Assembly (NCBI GenBank): GCA_024413595.1 | Contig: JAKSUC010000002.1 | Coordinates: 35,335 to 99,334, forward strand | DNA: 64,000 bases | From: Bacteroidales bacterium | GTDB taxonomy: Bacteria > Bacteroidota > Bacteroidia > Bacteroidales > UBA3824 | Direction of reading: 5' to 3' | Shown: positions 9,178 through 18,208 of the stretch, one piece after another | How the letters are laid out: every line of letters begins with the position of its first letter | How positions within the stretch are numbered: the first letter of the stretch is position 1 | The notes under the pieces: generated by a model | What the model was told of the DNA's origin: nothing | Seen by the model: the letters and a program-made list of their open reading frames with translations, nothing else | Database searches by the model: none | Position numbers and translations under genes: made by a program

Positions 9178-10667
9178 CTTAAATTGTCGAAATCAAATTG
9201 TTCAGAAAGAGAAATACCTTTATCAAAATCGAATAAAGTTTGCTGACGTAAATTATAATAACAATACCAATATTGATATAAACTTGAAATATAATTGTTT
9301 TGAGCCGATACCATTCGTTGTTGAGAACTTGTTAATGTTGTGATATTACAAGAACCTTCTTGAAATCTAAGAATATTTTCTTGATAAATTTCATTAGCAA
9401 GATTTTGTGCAGTTAAAGCACTTTGAAGCATATTATAACGCGAATTTAATTCCCCAATAGTAATAGTTAAATTTTGTTCAAGTTCTTGAATTTGTTGTTC
9501 TTGGTCAATTTTAGCAATATTTAAATTGCTTTCAGCTTGATTTTTTTGCCCTTTTCTCATTCCCCAATCCATAATAGGAATAGCCATCGAAACTGAAATA
9601 ACATCTTTACGCATCAAATCTTTATAAGCATCAGCAATTTCTTCGGCTTGTTGGTTAAAACCAACATTTGCATTTACGCTAATAGTCATTCTATTAGATT
9701 TTTTAATACGGTCGTATTCTTTTTCTGCTTCTAATACAGATTGTTTGTTTTCTAATAATTGATAACTATTTTTATGAAGATATTCTAATGCTAATTCGTT
9801 GTCAATGATTAATTCATTAGGATTTTCAGGAAGAATTAATTCTATTTTTGTGGATTTATCAATTCCTAAAAACGAAGTTAAAGCTAAAGATGCTTTTTGC
9901 ATATCCACTTCAGCTTGTGCAATTTCGTTTTTTGCATTTACAATTTCAAGTTGAATATCCATTAAATCAGTTTTGGTTATAGACGCAATTTTAAATCTTC
10001 GTTCAGCAATAATAAGCGTTGTATCAGCTTTTTGAGCGTTGTTTATAGCATTTTTGTATCTAACTTGCGCTTGTGCTAAATTAAAAAAATATGTAACAGC
10101 ATTTGATGCAATTTGTTCTGCATTATATAAATATTGAAGTTTTGCTTTTTCAAATTTTAGAGGTTCAATTTTTTTGTCCCATTTAAATTGATTAAAACCA
10201 AACATATTGTGTTGATATCCAATACTAAAAGGAGCAGAAGTAAATTGATTATAAGTATTTGCTCCAAAATATCTTAAATAATCTAAACTTGATTGAATAA
10301 AAAATGTACCACCTAAAGGGTCAAAATTTTGAGAAAGCATTAAACTGCCACTGGCAGAATATGATTTTTGTTGACGATAAACATCTATATCGTTTTCAGA
10401 GTCATATCTTTGTATTAATTGGCGATTATATGAAACAGGAACTAAATTTAAACTTAACGAAGGCAAACGATTAGCTTTATAATTTCGATACGACCAATAA
10501 TTAGATAAATACATATTTTTATATCTAAAAGCCGTAAGCGAACTATCTTGAGCTTTTTCAATTGTTTGGTTTAAATCGAGATATAAAACATTTGAGTTTT
10601 GTCCAAAAATTGGAACATATACAAATGTTAATATTGATATTATTATTGTTTTTATAATGTTATTCAT
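9174..10667 (-). CDS. TolC-family outer-membrane efflux protein
   Basis: 497 aa with a signal peptide and two-fold repeated coiled-coil/beta regions. It is embedded between two RND permease genes and overlaps both neighbours. Confidence 0.8.
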   Translation of the reverse strand: MNNIIKTIIISILTFVYVPIFGQNSNVLYLDLNQTIEKAQDSSLTAFRYKNMYLSNYWSYRNYKANRLPSLSLNLVPVSYNRQLIQRYDSENDIDVYRQQKSYSASGSLMLSQNFDPLGGTFFIQSSLDYLRYFGANTYNQFTSAPFSIGYQHNMFGFNQFKWDKKIEPLKFEKAKLQYLYNAEQIASNAVTYFFNLAQAQVRYKNAINNAQKADTTLIIAERRFKIASITKTDLMDIQLEIVNAKNEIAQAEVDMQKASLALTSFLGIDKSTKIELILPENPNELIIDNELALEYLHKNSYQLLENKQSVLEAEKEYDRIKKSNRMTISVNANVGFNQQAEEIADAYKDLMRKDVISVSMAIPIMDWGMRKGQKNQAESNLNIAKIDQEQQIQELEQNLTITIGELNSRYNMLQSALTAQNLANEIYQENILRFQEGSCNITTLTSSQQRMVSAQNNYISSLYQYWYCYYNLRQQTLFDFDKGISLSEQFDFDNLR

Positions 10668-13600
10668 TTTTAATGTTTTTTTTCTCTATAATTGTGTAAA
10701 TCAAAGGAATAATAAATAAACTTACAAAAGTACCAATTGTCATTGTAGAAATCATAGCAATAGCAAGAGGACGTTGAAGTTCAGAACCCATATCGTTTGT
10801 AAACAGAATAGGTAAAGTTGCGCCAATGGTTGTGAGCGAAGTCATTACAATTGCTCTTAAACGGCGTTGTCCAGCAGTGTGAACAGCTTCGGTCAATTCC
10901 ATTCCTTTTCTGCGTAATTCGTTGATAGTGTCTAATTTAAGAATAGAGTCGTTGACAATAATACCACACGAAACTATTATACCAATTCCAGACATTAAAT
11001 TTATTGAAACTCCACACAGCCAAAGAACTATTAATGCAAAAGACGCGTCGATAGGTATTTCCATCAAAACAATTAATGGTTGTTTAAAACTTTCAAATTG
11101 TGCACACATAATAAAATACATCAACATCAACGAAATAAACAAAATTATTATTAATTGTTTCATCATTTCTTTGTTGCTGAAAAATGCACCTGAAAAATCC
11201 ACTTCCCAACGATTATCTTTGTTTACAATATTTCTAATTGTATTACAAAGGTTGTCTGCATTTTCTATATCATAAAAATATATCGGAATATAATCATTAT
11301 TTTTTCCTGCAGTAATAGTTTTTAATTCGTCGGTATAAACTTCTTTAACCAATTGTCGAATAGGAACATAAATTGTTTCTCGATTTTCATTATCATAAAC
11401 AGAAATAGTTCCATTTTGAATAGTTTCTTCTACTTTTTCGGCGTTTCCCGACAAGTAAATTGGCATATAACTACTATAAGAATGTAGCTCTGTGATTTGA
11501 GAACCTGAAATTAAATTACTTAAATAGTTTTGAAGTGTTGCAATATCAACATGATATAATTCTAAAGCGCGACGATCAATTATCAACGTTTTTTCAGGAA
11601 CAAAAGCTAAATTAGAAGAATGATATTCTTTTGTAGCTTGTTTAATTTGATTTTGAAGGTCTTTAATTTCATCAATAGAAGGATCTTGACCACGTTTATT
11701 AAATTGAGCAACAATATCAGCTTCTGAAGTTTCAAACAATTTTTCAAAAATTGTTGTTGGAGGAGCAAATTTTATAGATGCTTGTGGATAATTTTTTGAT
11801 AACCAATTTTTTACATTATTTGTTAGAGGTTCAATGCTATCAGGAGAAGATGTTTTCCAATAAAGTTCTGCTTCGGTTTTTGACAATTCGTTTCCTGCAT
11901 CCACAACATAATCTTGAACTCCAATATATGCTGTATATTCATCTGCTGAATTGCCAACTGCCTTTAATAAACTTTCTGTACGATAGCGATTTTCTTCAAT
12001 ATTTATTTCAGAATTCCATTCAATTTTTGCAGTTTGTTCATAATAATCAATTTGGGGCATTTTTGATTTATTAATAACTGTAAACATAATCCAACATATT
12101 GGTAATGAAAGTAATGCAATTGTTAAAACAATAGTTTTGTGATTATTTATAAAATCAAAAATTTTGTTGTAACCTGTAGAAATTCGTTGAATATGATTTT
12201 CAACATCAGCACCTTTTTTAGCCACTTTTCTAGCCATAATAACTCGATAAATTACAGGAAGCAACATAATACCAACAATATACGAAACTCCTAACCCCGT
12301 TGTAATTGCAAATGCTTGATCTGAGAAAATTGCTCCTGCCATTCCATCAATAAAAACCAACGGAATAAACACTGCTACAGTTGTTAACGACGAACTCAAA
12401 AGTGGTGAAATCATTTCACTTGTTGCTCCAGAACATGAAACTCTAAGAGTTTTGCCACGTTGATGCCATTGTGCTATATTTTCACTAACAATCAGGGCGT
12501 TATCAATCATCATACCAACCACCAATATCAAACCTGATAATGAAACTATATTAAGAGAGCGTCCTCCTATATAAAATGGTATAAATGTGATAATTATAGA
12601 ACTTAGCATGCTAATGCCAATAACAAGAGAAGTTCTTGCGCCACCCATAAAAAGCATTGCAACTAAAATAATCAAAATAAAACCTATAATTAGGTTTTGT
12701 TTAAGGTTACTTATCGTATAATCGAGCAATTCAGTTTGATTTCTGCAAATTTCGAAATCTAAATTTGGAAATTGAATTTTAAATTGGTCAACAATTTCAG
12801 TAATTTTATCTCGCATTGCATCTAACCCTTCGTCTGATTGCTTAATAACTGCCAAAGTAACAACACGTTTGCCATTAGCAAGCGACATTCCTTGTTCTTG
12901 AAGCGTTGAAACTGAAATATTACAAATTTCTTTTAATTGTATAATTCGTTCACCACAAGTGATATAAATATTTTCAACATCTTCTTTTTCGCTCAACAAA
13001 GTGGAAACTTTAATAGTATATTCATAAATTCCATCTTTAACACGCATACTATTAGCTTCTCTGTTATTATTAGTTATTGCATTTGTAATATCATTAATTT
13101 CAAGACCATAAGTGTGCATTTTGTTAAAATCTGGAGTAACCATAATACATTGAGAAGGTACGCCCGTCATATCAGCCATAGCCACTTCGGGCAATTGTTC
13201 CACGCGTCTACGAATGATATTTTCAACCACTTCGCACATTTGTAAAAATTGTCCTTTGTCGTTGTTGTCGTTTTTAAGTGAGATATTTAGATAAAAAACA
13301 GGAATATCAGTAGCACTTGCTTTAATAGCTTTTGGACGTTGAGTACCTTGAGGCAAATAATTCATTGCACCGTCAATTTTCTCATTTACTTCTATATAGG
13401 CGAGGTCGGTGTTAGTTCCAAATTTAAATTTCATGTTTATAACACCAATACCATCACGAACTTCGCTACGAATTTCGTCTAACCCATTAACTTGCAACAA
13501 ATTATTTCTAATGGGTTGAATAATACTTTTTTCAAGTTCTTGCGACGATTTATTTGCGTCACTAGCTTGAACTGTGATTTGCGGAATGGCAATATCTGGC

Positions 13601-13701
13601 AAAAGTGATACGGGCAAAGTTTCGTACATAACCAAACCAATCACCACAAAGGCTAAAAATGCCATTATCACAGCTATCGGACGTCGTACTAAAAAATCCA
13701 C
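10660..13701 (-). CDS. RND efflux transporter permease (AcrB/HAE1-like), first permease
   Basis: 1013 aa. Starts MDFLVRRPIAVIMAFLAFVVIGL..., a classic ACR_tran N-terminus. Confidence 0.85.
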   Translation of the reverse strand: MDFLVRRPIAVIMAFLAFVVIGLVMYETLPVSLLPDIAIPQITVQASDANKSSQELEKSIIQPIRNNLLQVNGLDEIRSEVRDGIGVINMKFKFGTNTDLAYIEVNEKIDGAMNYLPQGTQRPKAIKASATDIPVFYLNISLKNDNNDKGQFLQMCEVVENIIRRRVEQLPEVAMADMTGVPSQCIMVTPDFNKMHTYGLEINDITNAITNNNREANSMRVKDGIYEYTIKVSTLLSEKEDVENIYITCGERIIQLKEICNISVSTLQEQGMSLANGKRVVTLAVIKQSDEGLDAMRDKITEIVDQFKIQFPNLDFEICRNQTELLDYTISNLKQNLIIGFILIILVAMLFMGGARTSLVIGISMLSSIIITFIPFYIGGRSLNIVSLSGLILVVGMMIDNALIVSENIAQWHQRGKTLRVSCSGATSEMISPLLSSSLTTVAVFIPLVFIDGMAGAIFSDQAFAITTGLGVSYIVGIMLLPVIYRVIMARKVAKKGADVENHIQRISTGYNKIFDFINNHKTIVLTIALLSLPICWIMFTVINKSKMPQIDYYEQTAKIEWNSEINIEENRYRTESLLKAVGNSADEYTAYIGVQDYVVDAGNELSKTEAELYWKTSSPDSIEPLTNNVKNWLSKNYPQASIKFAPPTTIFEKLFETSEADIVAQFNKRGQDPSIDEIKDLQNQIKQATKEYHSSNLAFVPEKTLIIDRRALELYHVDIATLQNYLSNLISGSQITELHSYSSYMPIYLSGNAEKVEETIQNGTISVYDNENRETIYVPIRQLVKEVYTDELKTITAGKNNDYIPIYFYDIENADNLCNTIRNIVNKDNRWEVDFSGAFFSNKEMMKQLIIILFISLMLMYFIMCAQFESFKQPLIVLMEIPIDASFALIVLWLCGVSINLMSGIGIIVSCGIIVNDSILKLDTINELRRKGMELTEAVHTAGQRRLRAIVMTSLTTIGATLPILFTNDMGSELQRPLAIAMISTMTIGTFVSLFIIPLIYTIIEKKNIKNE

Positions 13702-13737
13702 GAAATTTTAATTTAAATGTTTATAAATATCTGTAGA

Positions 13738-14781
13738 TTAGTAAATTATTTCGGTTTTGTCGGCTAAATAAGTGTTGCCAGAAACTATAACAGAGTCGCC
13801 GGCTTCAATGCCTGAAATTATTGCAATATTATCGCTATTTTCGATTGAAGTTTCAACATAACACCATCTTGCCAAACCATCTTTGGCTGTAAATACTACA
13901 GGACGATTTGAACGTAAAACCACTGCACTTTTAGGAACTGAAATAAATTCTCCAGCATTTTTACTTATTTTGATACTAACATTCATTCCTTCAAACAATT
14001 CAGAACCATTATTTACAGTAGCTTTTACGCGAACCATTCCGTTATTTTCTACAAATGGATTTATTTCTTTTATTTGACCTGTCCATTTTTTGTCGGGCAT
14101 TGAATATGCCGAAATTTCAACCTTGCCACCTACGGTAACCATGTTTAATTCATTTTCAATAACTGTAAATTCTACACACATAGAATTTTGATCTATTATT
14201 CGGCAAAATGGTTTTGAATTTGAAGTTAAATTACTAACACGGTCATTTAAATTTGCAACCACGCCACTTATTGGAGCTTTTATGGTGCTATGTTCGTAAT
14301 CGTATTTTGTTGAATTATAAGATGATAGTGATTGTAGATAACCACTTTTGATTTCAGCCAATTTTATAATATTATCTGGAATATTAGTTGAGTCGGGATT
14401 ATAACCTTGACCAATAATAGTTTCCTTCATATTTAGTTTTGATTGTTCAAGATTTGCTTGAGCCGACTCAAATTGATTTTTTAATTTATAAGCGTCTAAT
14501 TTTGCGATAGTTGTTCCTGCTTGAACATGTCTACCATTATTGGTAAAAATTTCAGAAATTGTTCCGCTTACTTCCCAATAAATATCTGCATATTTGTCGG
14601 CTGTAATTTTTCCATTGCTTACAATTTCTAAAGCAAATTGACCTTTTTTTGCAACTTCGGTTGTAACTTGTTGACGATCTTCAACAAGAATATTTTGTTG
14701 ACGTTCTTCTTCTGGCTTTTCTTTTGACGAACAAGAAGCCAAAATCAATGAGATTGAGGTTAGTATTAATCCGTATTTCAC
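13738..14781 (-). CDS. efflux RND periplasmic adaptor (MFP/HlyD family) lipoprotein
   Basis: 347 aa. GTG start (cac at 14779-14781), lipobox LILASC, and barrel-sandwich/beta-barrel adaptor-like sequence. First gene of the efflux operon. Confidence 0.8.
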   Translation of the reverse strand: MKYGLILTSISLILASCSSKEKPEEERQQNILVEDRQQVTTEVAKKGQFALEIVSNGKITADKYADIYWEVSGTISEIFTNNGRHVQAGTTIAKLDAYKLKNQFESAQANLEQSKLNMKETIIGQGYNPDSTNIPDNIIKLAEIKSGYLQSLSSYNSTKYDYEHSTIKAPISGVVANLNDRVSNLTSNSKPFCRIIDQNSMCVEFTVIENELNMVTVGGKVEISAYSMPDKKWTGQIKEINPFVENNGMVRVKATVNNGSELFEGMNVSIKISKNAGEFISVPKSAVVLRSNRPVVFTAKDGLARWCYVETSIENSDNIAIISGIEAGDSVIVSGNTYLADKTEIIY

Positions 14782-15432
14782 TTTTTTTATTTAATTAGAT
14801 GATTATTAGTTTTTTTCAAATTAATAGTTAGAATAGATTTATAATTAATTAACACGACAAACTTAGTTAATTTTTTATTAACTAACTATTTTTTGAGATT
14901 TTTTTTTAATAAAAAATGTTAAATGAAATAATGTTTTTAATTCAGTATTTAGTGTTATAAAATATAAAAAAGGAGAAAAATTTATTTTCTCCTTTTTTAA
15001 TTATTCATGAATTAACTAAAAAGCCATACCTTCCACCGAATAAACAATCGGTTTTTCTTTAGAATTTGTTTTAACATAAATTTCGCGAACAAATTCTTCT
15101 GGTTTATCGGTTTTGAAAGATACTGAAACTATTGCAGAATCAGACTTTTTAATTACAGATTTGTCAATTTTTGCAGTAGTACATTCACAAGATGTAAAAA
15201 TTGTATCAATTTTCATTTCTACTAAACTATCATTTTTCAATACAAACTGAGTTTTCATAGTATCCGAAAAAGGGAAACGTCCAAACGAAAAACGGTTTTC
15301 ATTTTGATTATCAGCAATATTTATATTTGTTGTATCAATTCCCAAACGTTCACAAATTGTACGAATATATAGGTCTTTGATTTTGGGATTTTGAACTGGA
15401 TTACCAATTAGAATTACGCGATTGTTTTCGTC
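14664..15432. repeat. segmental duplication block, copy 1 (MFP 5' end, intergenic region, terminator, DUF1573 and the thioredoxin-fold gene 3' half)
   Basis: By-eye alignment shows near-identity with 17641-18403. The 15016-15432 part is also near-identical to 21248-21659. Confidence 0.85.
14971..14993 (-). terminator. rho-independent terminator after cassette 1
   Basis: AGGAGAAAA-attta-TTTTCTCCT flanked by A6 and T6 runs. It is 23 nt downstream of the stop of the 15016..15879 gene. Confidence 0.8.
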
Positions 15433-15879
15433 AAGAAGGAAACATCTAAATTGTTCTTTATCAGGAAAATGATTTAATTTGTTAAAAGAATCATTTATAT
15501 CAATACAAGTTGGATAATTATAATCGGATGTAATAATTTCAAACAAAGCTTCACTTTGACGTTTTGGACTTATATATTTTAAAATCAAAACATTATTATT
15601 AGTAAGAGATAATATATTTTGATTTAAAGTTTTCCATTCGTGCAACTTTAATTGACAACCTATGCAACCTTTTGGATCTGTATAAGTAACAATTTTTAGT
15701 TTATTATCATTGCAATTTATCTTTAAAGTATCATAACCAGATAAAAAAATAGAGCTATCAGAAAAAATAATCTCTTTATTACTCCAATCTTTTATAAGTT
15801 GTTCTATATCATTCTTTACTTGATTTTGACAAGAAATACAAATAAATATAGACAAAATTATAAAGTAAAACTTTTTCAT
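15016..15879 (-). CDS. cassette 1: thioredoxin-fold (TlpA/redoxin-like, CxxC) lipoprotein fused to a DUF1573 domain
   Basis: 287 aa. Lipobox FICISC, the redoxin pattern KIVTYTDPKGCIGCQ and FLLDENNRVILIG, and a C-terminal DUF1573-like beta-sandwich (FSFGRF...FVLKNDS...TSCECTTAKID...). Confidence 0.7.
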   Translation of the reverse strand: MKKFYFIILSIFICISCQNQVKNDIEQLIKDWSNKEIIFSDSSIFLSGYDTLKINCNDNKLKIVTYTDPKGCIGCQLKLHEWKTLNQNILSLTNNNVLILKYISPKRQSEALFEIITSDYNYPTCIDINDSFNKLNHFPDKEQFRCFLLDENNRVILIGNPVQNPKIKDLYIRTICERLGIDTTNINIADNQNENRFSFGRFPFSDTMKTQFVLKNDSLVEMKIDTIFTSCECTTAKIDKSVIKKSDSAIVSVSFKTDKPEEFVREIYVKTNSKEKPIVYSVEGMAF

Positions 15880-16886
15880 TTATTTTCTAAATTAATTTCA
15901 TCTAAATCTAAATATCCAAGTTGAATTTCATCGTCAAATGTAAAAATTAAACGATTATTACTTTCATCATAACAGAAATTTTTAATATTATAACCAACAT
16001 CAAATGTTGAAATATACTCACCGTTTTTATTAAAAACAATGCATTTTGTTGTAATTATTGGGTTTTGCTCAAATTTTCCACCATTGTAGATACAAACTAG
16101 ATATTTATTGGTAAAAAGAGAGTTCCCAAAACATATTAAACCTTCTTCATCCCAATCTGGACCATAAATATTACTTATTAAATTACCATTAAAATCAGCT
16201 ATACTAATCAAATCATACCATATATTACATTCTGCATAAATACTATCTTTATACGAAACTGCTAAAACAAAACGATTTTGTTTAAATTCTTTATGAAAAT
16301 TATTAAATAATTCAATTTTTCCTGATTTAATATTCCATTTTCCTGTTAATGCAGTTGTTTTATTATACCCAATTTCTGCCATAACTCGACATAAAGAAAA
16401 TGTATCATTAGCGTAAATGTATTGTAGTGGATAATTGTCATTTGAGATATGGTATTTTTCAATAGGAGAAAATCTATTATTGATTAAAAGGCTATCTAAT
16501 TTATAAGCTAAAATTTCACATTTTCCACCATCTTGAACATATATTTCGCGAGTAATTTCATTCCAAGATAATTCTCCAGGAATAGTTATTTCATTTGGAC
16601 TTTGTCCTATATTTCCAAATGGTAATACATAATTAAAATTATTTTTGTTAAATAAATGAATTACAGATTCTAACGATTTCGTATCTTTTATAGCTAAATA
16701 TTCACCTATTATGTATGGTACAGAACTATTACTAAAGTAAATCGTATCTATATTAATTTTATGAATTAATTGATTTACATTAATTATATTGTTGCGTTTC
16801 GTTTGATAAATCTCAGTTTTTGAATTATTTTGACAAGCAATAGTTGTAATTAAAATAATCAAAATAAATATCTTTTTCATACTCAA
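15876..16886 (-). CDS. cassette 1: 6-bladed beta-propeller-type lipoprotein (BF3164-like family)
   Basis: 336 aa. Lipobox TTIAC and the motif FGNIGQSPNEI, shared as G-x-GP-x-E/D with the paralogs at 18864, 22127 and 28645. ATGA overlap with the downstream gene. Confidence 0.6.
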   Translation of the reverse strand: MSMKKIFILIILITTIACQNNSKTEIYQTKRNNIINVNQLIHKINIDTIYFSNSSVPYIIGEYLAIKDTKSLESVIHLFNKNNFNYVLPFGNIGQSPNEITIPGELSWNEITREIYVQDGGKCEILAYKLDSLLINNRFSPIEKYHISNDNYPLQYIYANDTFSLCRVMAEIGYNKTTALTGKWNIKSGKIELFNNFHKEFKQNRFVLAVSYKDSIYAECNIWYDLISIADFNGNLISNIYGPDWDEEGLICFGNSLFTNKYLVCIYNGGKFEQNPIITTKCIVFNKNGEYISTFDVGYNIKNFCYDESNNRLIFTFDDEIQLGYLDLDEINLENK

Positions 16887-16895
16887 AATATTAAT

Positions 16896-16940
16896 TTTAT
16901 AGTTCGCTTGTAAATATTAATATCACAAGCAAACTATAAA
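16896..16940 (-). promoter_or_regulatory. intercistronic stem-loop directly 3' of peptide gene 1
   Basis: The 16-bp arms at 16896-16911 and 16925-16940 pair fully except for one position. That position is C.A on the plus strand but G.U on the minus (sense) strand. Confidence 0.65.
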
Positions 16941-16958
16941 ATATTAATTTATAATCAA

Positions 16959-17183
16959 TTATCTAGGACATAAATTTGCATTTAATAAGTCATTACGATG
17001 ACCATTACAATCACATCCGCCAGTCCAATCTTTACAACCATATGGACAACCACTTTCCCCTTGTGCCAAAAGTTCTACATTTTCCATTTGTAATTCAGAC
17101 AAATTATTATTATTATTGTTTATTTGGAATACGCCAAACACTACTGCAACTGCAACTGCTACCGATATAATTAATTTTTTCAT
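16959..17183 (-). CDS. cassette 1: NVEALA-motif small Cys-rich secreted peptide
   Basis: 74 aa: MKKLIISVAVAVAVVFGVFQ, poly-N, LSELQMENVELLAQGE, then the core SGCPYGCKDWTGGCDCNGHRNDLLNANLCPR (5 Cys). Confidence 0.8.
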   Translation of the reverse strand: MKKLIISVAVAVAVVFGVFQINNNNNNLSELQMENVELLAQGESGCPYGCKDWTGGCDCNGHRNDLLNANLCPR

Positions 17184-17505
17184 TTTTGTATAAAATTTGT
17201 GAATTTTCTCAGACTATGATAAATTTTTATCTCTAAGAAAAATTAATAAATAAATTTATAAAAAAAGATACACTTAAAAATTTTAGTTAAGTGTCGTTAT
17301 CGCACATTAATTTCTTGAATTATGTTGACAACTTTTTGGATGGTTAATACGTTTAAGTTTTCGTAGCTTTATTATTTAAAGTTAGACAATAGGGGAAATG
17401 GTTGAGAAGTTTGGAGGACGTCCGCAATCACTCCCCTTTTTTTATAACCATATTTTTCTTAATGATTACGAAACAAATGTATAGTAGTAATTTTACATTT
17501 CCAAA
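17184..17505 (-). promoter_or_regulatory. promoter plus ~280-nt conserved 5' leader of peptide gene 1 (copy A)
   Basis: On the minus strand, TTTG (17502-17505) and TAcaTTTG (17474-17481) are separated by a 20-nt spacer. The leader holds two conserved hairpins: ACACTTAA/TTAAGTGT at 17270-17294, and AGGGGA...TCCCCT at 17391-17437 followed by T7 on the plus strand. It is roughly 90% identical by eye to 20838-21157 and 24086-24409. Confidence 0.6.
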
Positions 17506-17640
17506 TATTTTTTCATCTTTTTTTTATTTTTTTGCGTATTGAATATAAAATATTGATTATTAATTAGTATTATACAAAAAATAGAATAATATTCGAAAAT
17601 ATATTGATTACACAAATTTAAATAACCACATTTTTTGTAG

Positions 17641-17758
17641 TAACTTGTTGACGGTCTTCAATAAGAATGTTTTGTTGACGTTCTTTTTCTGGCTTTTCTT
17701 TTGAAGAACAAGAAACCAGAATCAAAGAGATAGTTGATAGTATTAATCCGTATTTCAC
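17641..17758 (-). pseudogene. duplicated 5' fragment of the MFP adaptor gene
   Basis: The minus strand reads (GTG)KYGLILSTISLILVSCSSKEKPEKERQQNILIEDRQQVTT, then diverges and stops. It matches the first ~41 codons of the 13738..14781 gene, and the upstream region is duplicated as well. Confidence 0.85.
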
Positions 17759-17941
17759 TTTTTTATATATTAGATGATTATTAGTTTTTCAAATTAATAG
17801 TTAAAATAGATTTATAATTAATTAACACGATAAACTTAGTTAATTTTTTATTAATAAACTATTTTTTGCGATTTTTTTTAATAAAAAATGTTAAATGAAA
17901 TAATGTTTTTAATTCAATATTTAGTGTTAAAAATATAAAAA

Positions 17942-17964
17942 AGGAGAAAAATTTATTTTCTCCT
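17942..17964 (-). terminator. rho-independent terminator after cassette 2 (duplicate of 14971-14993)
   Basis: Same AGGAGAAAA-attta-TTTTCTCCT hairpin with flanking A and T runs. Confidence 0.8.
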
Positions 17965-17986
17965 TTTTTAATTATTTATGAATTAA

Positions 17987-18187
17987 CTAAAAAGCCATAC
18001 CTTCCACTGAATAAACAATAGGTTTTTCGTTAGAATTTGTTTTAACATAAACTTCACGCGAAAACTCTTCAGGTTTATCGGTTTTGAAAGTTACAGAAAT
18101 AATTGCAGAATCAGACTTTTTAATTACAGATTTGTCAATTTTTGCAGTAGTACATTCACAAGATGTAAAAATTGTATCAATTTTCAT
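17987..18187 (-). CDS. cassette 2: DUF1573 C-terminal segment, cut off from the thioredoxin-fold ORF by an in-frame TAA
   Basis: 66 aa, nearly identical to residues 222-287 of the cassette 1 fusion protein. It is in frame with 18209..18862 across a TAA at 18209-18211. Confidence 0.6.
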   Translation of the reverse strand: MKIDTIFTSCECTTAKIDKSVIKKSDSAIISVTFKTDKPEEFSREVYVKTNSNEKPIVYSVEGMAF

Positions 18188-18208
18188 TTCTAATAAACTA
18201 TCATTTTT

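Noticed and set aside
10922-11275. Antisense and nested track ORFs inside long genes. The same applies to 1022..1246, 1048..1236, 3611..3802, 5593..6009, 9113..9343, 11778..12074, 12937..13245, 13883..14077, 16976..17170, 18902..19114, 20530..20715, 25443..25766, 27060..27314, 27802..27987, 29886..30074, 31383..31640, 32960..33256, 34538..34732, 35746..35979, 36257..36493, 37448..37736, 39415..39672, 40905..41141, 41686..41868, 43892..44191, 45899..46111, 47194..47403, 48758..48973, 49553..49938, 51534..51719, 53278..53472, 55349..55618, 56141..57750 (minus-strand set), 59929..60485 and 61204..62503
   Set aside because: All of them overlap much longer ORFs that carry clear family motifs. Their products are low-complexity or stop-poor by-products of the AT-rich composition.
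17322-17366. Conserved 14-aa plus-strand mini-ORF (MLTTFWMVNTFKFS) inside the peptide-gene leader
   Set aside because: It is intact in copies A and B, with one synonymous change, but copy C has lost one T in the T-run and is frameshifted. No ribosome-binding context is evident. The conservation is better explained at the nucleotide or RNA level.
17391-17445. Treating the GGGGA...TCCCC+T7 hairpin as the terminator of a plus-strand protein gene
   Set aside because: No plus-strand coding gene lies upstream of any of the three copies. It is kept only as a possible antisense or small-RNA terminator within the leader finding.
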